Shown here one piece after another: positions 38,256-46,949 of a DNA stretch of 64,000 nt (position 1 is its first letter; each line of letters starts with the position of its first letter). This DNA is from an uncultured Mollicutes bacterium (lineage in GTDB: Bacteria > Bacillota_I > Bacilli_A > RF39 > UBA660). Below the pieces are notes generated by a model that was given only the letters and a program-made list of their open reading frames with translations, was not told the DNA's origin and did no database searches. The position numbers and the translations under genes are program-made. The DNA is taken from assembly GCA_945969495.1 (NCBI GenBank), contig CAMFOH010000001.1, forward strand, positions 4,424-68,423. The letters run 5' to 3'.

Positions 38256-38750
38256 ATGAAAAAACAAAACTTAATTATTGTTTTAATAGTATTATGCTTG
38301 ATAACCATGGCCGTGGGATATTCTGTTTTTAGAACTAATGTAGAAGTAAGTGGAAAAACTGCTGCTTTTAAGGATTTAGAAGTTGTTTTTATAAAAATAG
38401 GAGAAATTAAACAAGAAGGAAGCATTGATGCAACTGCTTTTATATCTGAGGATAAAAAAAGGGTCACCATAAATGTACCCAAACTTATGTATAAAGGAGC
38501 ATATGCTGATGTTCCAATTACTATAAAGAACGTGGGAACAATACCTGCAAGACTTGAATCTATTAGTCAATTTGGAATAGCAAATGATGCTTCTATAGAT
38601 GTTACTTATAATGGAATTGGTATTACTGATGCTGTACTTAATCCAGGTGACGAACAAAGCTTTAACGTTAAGGTTTCGTGGACACGGGATTTGTTAGGAG
38701 AAGTTAATAATTATGAATTTATAATAAGATTTAATTATATACAAGGATAA
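38256..38750 (+). CDS. TasA/camelysin-like secreted protein with SipW-cognate signal peptide (paralog 3, 164 aa)
   Basis: MKKQN...MAVGYSVFRTNVEVSG; core blocks VTINVPKLMYKGAYADVPITIKNVGTIPARL shared with paralogs 1/2. Confidence 0.6.
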   Translation: MKKQNLIIVLIVLCLITMAVGYSVFRTNVEVSGKTAAFKDLEVVFIKIGEIKQEGSIDATAFISEDKKRVTINVPKLMYKGAYADVPITIKNVGTIPARLESISQFGIANDASIDVTYNGIGITDAVLNPGDEQSFNVKVSWTRDLLGEVNNYEFIIRFNYIQG

Positions 38751-38755
38751 AGGAG

Positions 38756-39877
38756 GTGCTTTTAATGAAGAAGTTAAAATTTGAAAAAATGGACATAAAA
38801 AAAATAATCATATCATGTTTTTTAGTCATCGCTTTGGTTTTACAATTTGCTTTTTTAAGTTATTTATATAAAGCACTTACTCCTGAAGATGAGAAAAAAG
38901 ATGAAAATGTAATAATGAGTTATACTTCTAATGGTAATTTTGATTACAAAGTATACTTAAAACCAAATGAATTTATTAATGAAGAATACTTAGGACAAGA
39001 TGAAGCATATATTTTGGATTTGATTGATCATGTTCAGATAAATTCGTTATATAGTTTTTCTTCAACAGAAAAAACCAATGTTACAGGAACTAATAAATTA
39101 ACGGCTAAATTAGTTGTTTATTATAGAGAATCCGGTGATAAAAGTGGAAATCCCGAAATATTAAAACAAGAAAGTGTTATTGACGAAAAAATCATCAGTT
39201 TTAATGATAAATATTATAGTACTTCAGGCACGTATGATTTGTATTTAACTGAGTATTTACAAACGTTAAAAGAATTTCAAAGTAAGGTTAAAATATCAGT
39301 TGATGGTTATTTAGAAGTATTGCAGGAAACTGATTTTAGTGGTTTAGTTGGTGGAGCTAATTATAAAGATAATTATAATAAGACTTTAAAAATACCTCTT
39401 AGTTCATCAGTTATCAAAATAGAAAATTCAAAGTCTACTCCAAAAACAAATAAGGTTTATGAAGGAGATCTTGTAAAAACTAATAAGGCAGTAATGAGTT
39501 ACATAGTTATAGCAAATATAGTAGTTTTTCTAATAATTTGTATTTTGTTAAGAAAATTATTTATGTTTACTAATAAGTCTGAATATGATAGGGTATTAGC
39601 TAAAATACTTAAGAGTTATGATGATATAATCGTTAATACTTCAACCATTTTGGACGTTGATAAGTATAAACTAATTGAGATAGAAGAGTTTAAAGAAATT
39701 CTTAACTTATCAAGAGAACTTTTATTACCAATAATGAACTATGAGGTAATGAAAGGTAAAGAAACTTGGTTTTACGTTATAAAAGATGATATATTATATA
39801 GGTATATAATTTCAGAAGATAGATTAAAGGTAGCAAAAAATGAAAAAGAAAAAAGTAAAAAAACAAAAGAACATTAA
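38756..39877 (+). CDS. Hypothetical bitopic membrane protein (373 aa; TM near N-terminus and a second TM around residue 250), cluster-associated
   Basis: Start 6 nt after paralog 3 stop; no known motif. Confidence 0.5.
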   Translation: MLLMKKLKFEKMDIKKIIISCFLVIALVLQFAFLSYLYKALTPEDEKKDENVIMSYTSNGNFDYKVYLKPNEFINEEYLGQDEAYILDLIDHVQINSLYSFSSTEKTNVTGTNKLTAKLVVYYRESGDKSGNPEILKQESVIDEKIISFNDKYYSTSGTYDLYLTEYLQTLKEFQSKVKISVDGYLEVLQETDFSGLVGGANYKDNYNKTLKIPLSSSVIKIENSKSTPKTNKVYEGDLVKTNKAVMSYIVIANIVVFLIICILLRKLFMFTNKSEYDRVLAKILKSYDDIIVNTSTILDVDKYKLIEIEEFKEILNLSRELLLPIMNYEVMKGKETWFYVIKDDILYRYIISEDRLKVAKNEKEKSKKTKEH

Positions 39878-40568
39878 GCAAATAATAACTAATTTTGTAT
39901 TTATATCATTTGTTATACCCCTAGGATTTATCATATATAAAATAATTGTTTCACCAGCAGTTAACATAGAGAATTTATCTAACATGAAAGTTAAGACTGA
40001 TTATGTTCTTATGCTTATACAATGTTTACTTGGAATATTTGCCCTTTTTATACCAAGTATGATTTCTAAAAAGGCTAAAATAGTCATTCCTAGTAGTATG
40101 TATATTATTTATATTATATTTTTATATGCTGCAATATTTTTAGGAGAAGTAAGAGATTTTTATTATCGTGTTCCTCATTGGGATACGATACTTCATACGT
40201 TTAGTGGCGCGGGAATAGGAGCCTTAGGATTTTCTGTTATTAATTTGCTTACTAAAGAGAAGAAAGTAAACGTTAATTTATCACCATTTTTTATAGCAAT
40301 GTTTTCATTTTGCTTTGCAGTAACAATTGGTGTATTTTGGGAAATATATGAATTTAGTTTTGATGGTTTATTAGGACTTAATATGCAAAAATTTGCTCTT
40401 GAAAATGGTTCTAGATTATTAGGCAGAGCAGCCTTAATGGATACTATGAAAGATCTTATTGTGGATTCCTTAGGAGCTTTATTAATGAGTGTTTTAGGTT
40501 ATGTATCGCTTAAGTATAAAAAAGGTTGGTTAGATAAACTCTTAATTACTGAAAAAAAAGAAGGTTAA
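39840..40568 (+). CDS. Polytopic membrane protein (242 aa), possible YdjM-like membrane-bound hydrolase
   Basis: Overlaps upstream gene by 38 nt; YRVPHWDTILH motif with conserved His residues. Confidence 0.45.
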   Translation: MKKKKVKKQKNIKQIITNFVFISFVIPLGFIIYKIIVSPAVNIENLSNMKVKTDYVLMLIQCLLGIFALFIPSMISKKAKIVIPSSMYIIYIIFLYAAIFLGEVRDFYYRVPHWDTILHTFSGAGIGALGFSVINLLTKEKKVNVNLSPFFIAMFSFCFAVTIGVFWEIYEFSFDGLLGLNMQKFALENGSRLLGRAALMDTMKDLIVDSLGALLMSVLGYVSLKYKKGWLDKLLITEKKEG

Positions 40569-40762
40569 TTATGTAACTTTCTTTTTCATTTTTTTCCATC
40601 TTAGTAACCAAATACATTTAATACTAGGTGCAAAAAACAAACATTTAATACAATTGAATAACTAATTTTGACTTATTATAGAGTTAAGATATAAAAAATA
40701 TATAAAAAAATTTATGCCATCTTGTTTTAATTGAAAAAAAGTATTATAATTAAATAGCAAAT

Positions 40763-40837
40763 TGCCCTGTAGCCAAGTGGTAAGGCATCGGACTCTGACC
40801 CCGACATGCACTGGTTCGAATCCAGTCAGGGCAACCA
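40763..40837 (+). tRNA. tRNA-Gln (anticodon CUG)
   Basis: 75 nt, acceptor tgccctg/cagggca, anticodon loop cuCUGac, T-loop ggttcgaat, encoded CCA. Confidence 0.85.
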
Positions 40838-40849
40838 ATAAAATTATAT

Positions 40850-40926
40850 GGCCCGTTGGTGAAGGGGTTTAACACATCGCCCTCTCAAGGCGACATTCAC
40901 GAGTTCAAATCTCGTACGGGTCACCA
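40850..40926 (+). tRNA. tRNA-Glu (anticodon CUC)
   Basis: 77 nt, ggcccgt.../...acgggtc acceptor, anticodon loop ctCTCaa, T-loop agttcaaat, encoded CCA. Confidence 0.85.
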
Positions 40927-40932
40927 TATAAA

Positions 40933-40962
40933 AACAAACCCTTATTTGATAAGGGTTTTTAA
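40933..40962 (+). terminator. Rho-independent terminator after the tRNA pair
   Basis: aaccctta-tttga-taagggtt followed by ttttaat. Confidence 0.7.
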
Positions 40963-41301
40963 TAAAAAAATAAGAAAAAATTCTTTGAACTGTTATATAT
41001 AAACAACAATTGAAATTTGCTAATATTAAAAATTTGTACGGTTCAACATGTTTAAACAAGAAACTAACTTTTTGGTTAGTTTTTTAAATAAATATAGTTT
41101 TATGGATAATTTTATTGTATAATAAATTTTCTAAGGATGATCATATGGAAAATTATAATGCAGTTTATATATTGAATAAAAAAACCAATATCTAAAAAAG
41201 GATTTTTTAATAGACGAAAAAAATAATAAGAATTTATGTTTGTTATTAACTTTAATTTAATAATTTGATATAATTTAATTACTTGTGAAAGGAATGATTT
41301 T

Positions 41302-42963
41302 ATGACTAACAAAGATTTGGCAGATTTAATATTTCCTAATATTACTAAAACTATAGAAGACTATGAGAAAATGTATCCTAAAAGAAATTTACCAGAAGGT
41401 GCGGTTGTAACACGTTTTGCACCTAGTCCCACTGGATTTGTACATATGGGGTCACTTCTTGCGGCTTTCATTGAAAGAAAGGCTGCTAAAGACACTAATG
41501 GTGTATTTTATTTAAGGATAGAAGATACCGATCAAGAAAGAAAAGTAGAAAACGGAATAGTTGGTATAACTACTGATTTAAAAAATTTTGGTATAGATAT
41601 CGATGAAGGGGCTATTAGTGAAACAGAAGAAAAGGGATTATATGGTCCATATATTCAAAGCGATAGAAAGGAAATATATCATGCATTTATTAAACATTTT
41701 ATAGAAAATGATATGGCATACCCTTGTTTTTGCTCTAAAGAAGAATTAGAAGATATTAGAAATGCTCAAGAAAAAAGAAAAGATAGAATTGGTTATTATG
41801 GAAGATATGCTAAATGTCGTAAAATTCCGGTTAGTGATGCTTATGAAAAAATTAAAAATGGTGAAAAATATATTATAAGATTAAAATCTAAAGGTGATTT
41901 TGAAAGAAAAATAAAAGTAAAAGATGCTGTTAAAGGGATTGTTTCTTTCCCTGAAAATGATATGGATATTGTAATTATGAAACAAGATGGACTTCCTACT
42001 TATCATTTTGCACATCTAGTAGACGATTATTTAATGCGTACGACTCATGTTATAAGAGGAGATGAATGGTTATCATCTGTTCCAGTACACGTTCAGTTGT
42101 TTGAAATGTTGGGTGTTAAGGCTCCAACATATGCACATATATCACCAATCATGAAAGAAGAAAATGGAATTAAAAGAAAATTATCTAAAAGAAAAGATCC
42201 TGAGGCAGCTATGAGTTATTATCATGAAAAAGGTATACCTACTGAGGCCGTTAAATTATATTTAATGACACTTGCAAATACAAACTTTGAACAATGGTGG
42301 GATGCTAATAAAGATAAAACAATTGATGATTTTGAATTTAGTTTTAATAAAATAAGTAAATCTGGTGGATTATTTGATGTAGAAAAATTAATGAATATTT
42401 CTAGAAATTATTTATCAAGAATAAAGGCTATTGAATTTTATGATATGTTAGTTAAATATGCTAAAGAATATGATAATGAATTTTATGAATTAATTACCAA
42501 ATATAAAGACTTTACTATAGGACTTTTAAATATAGAAAGAGAACAAAAGAAACCAAGAAAAGATTATGCTGCTTTTAGTGATGTTAAATCTCTTGTTTGG
42601 TACATGTATGATGAATTATTTGATAAACATGATAAAAACTATGAGTTTACTAACATAACTGATAAAGATGAAATAATTAATATAATGAAAACTTACGTGG
42701 AAAAGTATTATGATGAAAATGATGATCAATCTACTTGGTTTGAGAAAATAAAGGATTTATCAGAAGAATTTGGATACGCAAGAGAAGTAAAAGAATATAA
42801 AGAAAATCCAGATAGTTATAAAGGACACGTTGGTGATGTTTCAATGGTAATTAGAGTAGCCCTTACTACTAAATCGATGACTCCTAATCTTTATGATATT
42901 ATGAAGTTATTTGGTAAAGAAAAAATTATCAAAAGAATAGAAAAGTTAGAGAAAAATCTCTAA
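41302..42963 (+). CDS. Class-I aminoacyl-tRNA synthetase of the GluRS/GlnRS family with atypical HIGH (HMGS) and KMSKS (KLSKR) motifs, 553 aa
   Basis: RFAPSPTGFVHMGSLLAAF; ...KLSKRKD; longer than canonical GluRS (about 485 aa). Confidence 0.6.
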   Translation: MTNKDLADLIFPNITKTIEDYEKMYPKRNLPEGAVVTRFAPSPTGFVHMGSLLAAFIERKAAKDTNGVFYLRIEDTDQERKVENGIVGITTDLKNFGIDIDEGAISETEEKGLYGPYIQSDRKEIYHAFIKHFIENDMAYPCFCSKEELEDIRNAQEKRKDRIGYYGRYAKCRKIPVSDAYEKIKNGEKYIIRLKSKGDFERKIKVKDAVKGIVSFPENDMDIVIMKQDGLPTYHFAHLVDDYLMRTTHVIRGDEWLSSVPVHVQLFEMLGVKAPTYAHISPIMKEENGIKRKLSKRKDPEAAMSYYHEKGIPTEAVKLYLMTLANTNFEQWWDANKDKTIDDFEFSFNKISKSGGLFDVEKLMNISRNYLSRIKAIEFYDMLVKYAKEYDNEFYELITKYKDFTIGLLNIEREQKKPRKDYAAFSDVKSLVWYMYDELFDKHDKNYEFTNITDKDEIINIMKTYVEKYYDENDDQSTWFEKIKDLSEEFGYAREVKEYKENPDSYKGHVGDVSMVIRVALTTKSMTPNLYDIMKLFGKEKIIKRIEKLEKNL

Positions 42964-43079
42964 TTTTTTATTATTTTAGGGGGTTTTTAAAAGTTATGTT
43001 TAATAATTAATATGAGAGAATCTAACGTGGGTAGTAGCTTTCCATCTTTTTATAAAGAAGAAAAGGGTGGGTGATATTT

Positions 43080-43160
43080 ATGAAAAAAGAAACTAGTTTT
43101 CAAAGAGTAATAATTATCCTTCTAATTTTATTATTAGACATACTAATATTTAAAATATAA
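43080..43160 (+). CDS. Small hydrophobic peptide, 26 aa (MKKETSFQRVIIILLILLLDILIFKI)
   Basis: RBS aaagggtgggtga; followed immediately by strong terminator. Confidence 0.4.
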   Translation: MKKETSFQRVIIILLILLLDILIFKI

Positions 43161-43162
43161 AA

Positions 43163-43200
43163 GAAAAAGCGTACATACCCAAGTAGGGTGTACGCTTTTT
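43163..43200 (+). terminator. Rho-independent terminator (agcgtaca...tgtacgct + T5)
   Basis: Long imperfect stem aaaagcgtacataccc/gggtgtacgcttttt. Confidence 0.7.
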
Positions 43201-43326
43201 CCATTAGACATTAATGAAAAGCTACTAACCTTTAAGTTAGGTGCTCTTTCTAATTAAATTATATAAAAATATTAAACTTAAGTAAATAATTATTTAATTA
43301 TTTTTTATGTTTTATACTAATAAAGG

Positions 43327-44688
43327 ATGATTCATATGAAAAAAAATAATATAAAGGAGTTGAAAGGCTTAGATAAATATCAGTTAAAAGCGGTTACATC
43401 AACAAGAAAAGTAACCCTTGTTTTAGCAGGAGCTGGCTGTGGTAAAACTTTTACCATAGTAAAAAAGATAGAGTATTTAATAAAGATATTAAATGTTAAT
43501 CCAAAAAGTATAATATGTATTTCATTTACAAACGCTGCGGTTAATGATTTAAAAGAAAAAATAAATAATAAAGTAGATGTTATGACTTTTCATAAGTTAG
43601 CACTAAAGATAATAGGAAAGAAAAAAGAAGTTTTAACAGAGGATATGCTAACAGATATAATAATTGATTCATTTTCAAATGAAAAACTATATGGTTTATA
43701 TCATATGGGCAAAAGTGATATGTATGAATTAGTTAGAACCTTTATCAATTTATTTAAATCAAATAATTATGAATTAAATAAATTTTATGATTTTATAATC
43801 AAAGCAAATAGTAAAGATAAGGCTCTTTTAAAAGAAATAATGAAGTGCTACATATGTTATGAATCTTATTTAAATAAAGAAAATCTAATGGATTTTAATG
43901 ATATGATAAACATTGCGACTAATAGACTTGATGCTTCAAAAGTTAGATATAAATACATAGTTATAGTTGAGTATCTTGATAGTTCAATAGCTAAACTTAA
44001 TTTAATAAAAAAATTAGTAAAGTTATCTAATTCCAATTTATTTATGGTTGGTGATGACTTTCAATCCATATATCGCTTTACTGGTTCTAACGTTAAGATA
44101 ATTACTAATTTTAGAAAGTATTTTCCATTTGCTAAACTAATAAAATTAAAAAATACCTATCGTAATTCTAAAGAACTTTTAAAAATAGCTGGTAAGTTTG
44201 TTATGAGAAATCCTTTTCAAATAAAAAAGAATTTAAGATCAAGTATTAGTATAAATAATCCTGTTGAAATAATTTATTATAAAGATTTAAACCATGCTGT
44301 AGATGAAATTATAAAAGAAGATAAAGTTAATAATTTATTTATTCTTTCTAGAAATAATGGTGATTTAAAAAAAGTAATAATAAATGATAATGTTAATTAT
44401 AAAAAGATGAGTGTTCATAAATCTAAGGGTTTGCAAGCTGATTACGTTTTTTTAATAAACGTAAGTAATTCTTCTAATGGTTTTCCTAATAAATATATAG
44501 ATCATGAAATATTAAAATTTGTTAATAATTATAAAGAATATTATCCATACGAAGAAGAAAGAAGATTATTTTATGTTGCACTTACTAGATGTAAGAAAAA
44601 AGTATATTTATTCGTGCCAAAAGGTAATGAATCTATTTTTATAAAGGAAATGAAACAGTATAAAAACGTAATTATAAGAGAAAAATAA
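43327..44688 (+). CDS. Short UvrD/PcrA-like superfamily-1 helicase (453 aa)
   Basis: Walker A AGAGCGKT, motif III GDDFQSIYRFTGS, motif V/VI SVHKSKGLQADYVFL, YVALTRCKKKVYLF. Confidence 0.65.
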   Translation: MIHMKKNNIKELKGLDKYQLKAVTSTRKVTLVLAGAGCGKTFTIVKKIEYLIKILNVNPKSIICISFTNAAVNDLKEKINNKVDVMTFHKLALKIIGKKKEVLTEDMLTDIIIDSFSNEKLYGLYHMGKSDMYELVRTFINLFKSNNYELNKFYDFIIKANSKDKALLKEIMKCYICYESYLNKENLMDFNDMINIATNRLDASKVRYKYIVIVEYLDSSIAKLNLIKKLVKLSNSNLFMVGDDFQSIYRFTGSNVKIITNFRKYFPFAKLIKLKNTYRNSKELLKIAGKFVMRNPFQIKKNLRSSISINNPVEIIYYKDLNHAVDEIIKEDKVNNLFILSRNNGDLKKVIINDNVNYKKMSVHKSKGLQADYVFLINVSNSSNGFPNKYIDHEILKFVNNYKEYYPYEEERRLFYVALTRCKKKVYLFVPKGNESIFIKEMKQYKNVIIREK

Positions 44689-44703
44689 TTATGGTGATAT
44701 ATT

Positions 44704-46047
44704 GTGTTTTTAGATTATAAAATAGTTAATAATGTACTTTATTTATACGTTGATGATAAATGTGAAATAGGTAGTTTTTACTCTCATGGTAAGGTCTCGT
44801 TAATAGAAAAAGTTAAGCATTATATAAAAGATAAAAAAATAAAGTTTGATGGGACTAAGGTGGTATTGATTTTAAGTGGTTTAATGCTAGGCACAATTTA
44901 TTTAAATAGCAATATAAGTAAAAATGATTATGATGTTTATAAGAATAATAAATATGTTTATAACATAGTTGATACTTCTATTAATAGCATTGATAAAAAA
45001 GTGGATGAAGAAATAAAAAATTCACTTGAAACTATTGATATTAATAATACAATAGATGATACTAGCATAAATAATAAAGATAATAATGAATCAAATAAAA
45101 CAAATTTGGATTATAAAAATAATAGTGCATTAAAGACAGAAGTAAAAAATAGTAACAACAATAATAATAACGTAAATACAAATACTACTAATGAAAGTGT
45201 AAAAAATGATGCTAATGAAGGTATAATTCAGACAAGCCCTAGTTATTCTGGTATATTAGTTACGGTAAATAGATCAAATGGTGAGGTACTAACGATTGGT
45301 TTAGAAGATTATTTGGTTGGGGTAGTATCAGCAGAGATGCCCGCTTCATTTAATGATGAAGCTTTAAAAGCTCAAGCCGTAATAGCTAGAACGTATACAA
45401 GAAAACTTATTAATAGTGGAAGAATAATTACTGATAATGTTAGTACCCAAGTATATAAAAGTGATGCTGAACTAAAAAATATGTGGAATGCAAATTATGA
45501 AAAGTATTATAATAAGGTAAAAAACGCGGTATTAAGCACAAAATCAAAGTGTGTAACATATAATGGTGAACTTATTGATGCTGTTTATCATTCTACTAGT
45601 AATGGATATACCCAAGATGCGGTTTTTGTGTGGGGAAATAGTGTTCCATACTTAAAGACGGTAACTTCTCCTTGGGACACTTCTGCAAGCACTTTTATTA
45701 GGAATACGGATATTTCCTTTAATGAACTTTCAAGTAAATTAGGTTTTGATTTTAATCAAAATACCATAATACAAATTATATCTAAAGATGAAAGCGGTAG
45801 AGTATCAAAAGTAAAAGTTGGTGATAAAGAATTTACAGGAGTTGAGTTAAGAAACGTAATTGGGCTTAGATCAGCTGACTTTGATGTTACAAGAAATTCT
45901 TCTAGTATTACTTTTACTACTAGGGGATATGGTCATGGTGTTGGAATGAGTCAATATGGTGCTAATGGTATGGCAAATAGTGGTTATACGTATGAACAAA
46001 TATTAAAATATTATTATTCGGGTGTTGAAATTACTAATATATCATAG
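44704..46047 (+). CDS. SpoIID/LytB-domain protein (sporulation lytic transglycosylase family) with N-terminal TM and Asn-rich linker
   Basis: C-terminal 250 aa: LEDYLVGVVSAEMPASF...AQAVIARTYT...HSTSNGYTQDA...GHGVGMSQYGANGMA. Confidence 0.75.
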   Translation: MFLDYKIVNNVLYLYVDDKCEIGSFYSHGKVSLIEKVKHYIKDKKIKFDGTKVVLILSGLMLGTIYLNSNISKNDYDVYKNNKYVYNIVDTSINSIDKKVDEEIKNSLETIDINNTIDDTSINNKDNNESNKTNLDYKNNSALKTEVKNSNNNNNNVNTNTTNESVKNDANEGIIQTSPSYSGILVTVNRSNGEVLTIGLEDYLVGVVSAEMPASFNDEALKAQAVIARTYTRKLINSGRIITDNVSTQVYKSDAELKNMWNANYEKYYNKVKNAVLSTKSKCVTYNGELIDAVYHSTSNGYTQDAVFVWGNSVPYLKTVTSPWDTSASTFIRNTDISFNELSSKLGFDFNQNTIIQIISKDESGRVSKVKVGDKEFTGVELRNVIGLRSADFDVTRNSSSITFTTRGYGHGVGMSQYGANGMANSGYTYEQILKYYYSGVEITNIS

Positions 46048-46159
46048 TATATAAATATATGTTTATAATGCATACTAAGCATTGTTTTATATTAATTAAA
46101 AATAGGTTTCTTTTTTTAATAATTTATTTCATTGTTAGTTTCAATAAAATTTTTCTAGT

Positions 46160-46933
46160 TTATTTTTTCTTAATAAACTCTATTGATTTTGAAATGTCAA
46201 AGTTATCTTCATACGTTAAATTATTATCTTTATTTATTAGACTTTTTAGTATTTCTTCTGTTATGTTTTCATCTTTTAATAAGTATCTATTTACTAAATA
46301 TATTGCCCCTAAAAAATCATTCATGTAGTTTTCTTGCATTTTTTTACTATACTTTGAATGTTTATTTAAATATGTAGTAGCTACTTTCTTAGCTTCTTTA
46401 ATTTTATAATTTAGATTATTAACTTTTATTCCTGGATAATCATTATCAAGTACTATTGCATTTAATATATCTAAAAATGATGGAACTAATTCCGAAGTTT
46501 TTACTTTAGATAGCATGTGATATGCATGAGCTTTTTCATGAGTTATTGTTATTACCTTTTTTATGCTTTTTATTTCTGGTAGTATTATAGTTACTTTATC
46601 TACGCCATTTGAGGAAAATTCAGTTGTTTTACAAAAACCTTCATATTCAACTAATTTTGAATCATAAACATAATTTGTCTTATTATCTATATTTTTTAAT
46701 GCACCATTAAAAATGAAGTGATAAAAATCATTAGATTTTTTTATTGCATCGCAATTAGTAATATATGGTGCTTTAAAATCATTTTTACTTTCATTTAATA
46801 ATAAAATATCTTGAGCTAGTTTTTTATATTCCATAATCTTTTTCCTTTTTGCTTTATTATACATAAAATTAAAAATAAGTAAATGTTTTGTCGTATAAAA
46901 TTGGTGATAATTCTTCTTAATTATAAGTAACAT
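46160..46933 (-). CDS. Hypothetical protein with HExxH zinc-metallopeptidase motif (ITHEKAHAYHM)
   Basis: 257 aa; only the HEKAH motif is recognisable. Confidence 0.45.
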   Translation of the reverse strand: MLLIIKKNYHQFYTTKHLLIFNFMYNKAKRKKIMEYKKLAQDILLLNESKNDFKAPYITNCDAIKKSNDFYHFIFNGALKNIDNKTNYVYDSKLVEYEGFCKTTEFSSNGVDKVTIILPEIKSIKKVITITHEKAHAYHMLSKVKTSELVPSFLDILNAIVLDNDYPGIKVNNLNYKIKEAKKVATTYLNKHSKYSKKMQENYMNDFLGAIYLVNRYLLKDENITEEILKSLINKDNNLTYEDNFDISKSIEFIKKK

Positions 46934-46949
46934 TTATTAAGGAGGAATC

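Noticed and set aside
40844-41059. 71-aa minus-strand ORF
   Set aside because: Overlaps tRNA-Glu and its terminator; no RBS.
41060-41301. T-box or other riboswitch leader upstream of the GluRS-like gene
   Set aside because: Only about 210 nt, no T-box AGGGUGG...ACCGCG motif or specifier-loop architecture; contains a terminator for the tRNA operon and a plain extended -10 promoter (tgatataat).
46059-46377. Plus-strand ORFs (89 and 64 aa) overlapping the HExxH gene
   Set aside because: Antisense to a longer, better-supported minus-strand CDS.
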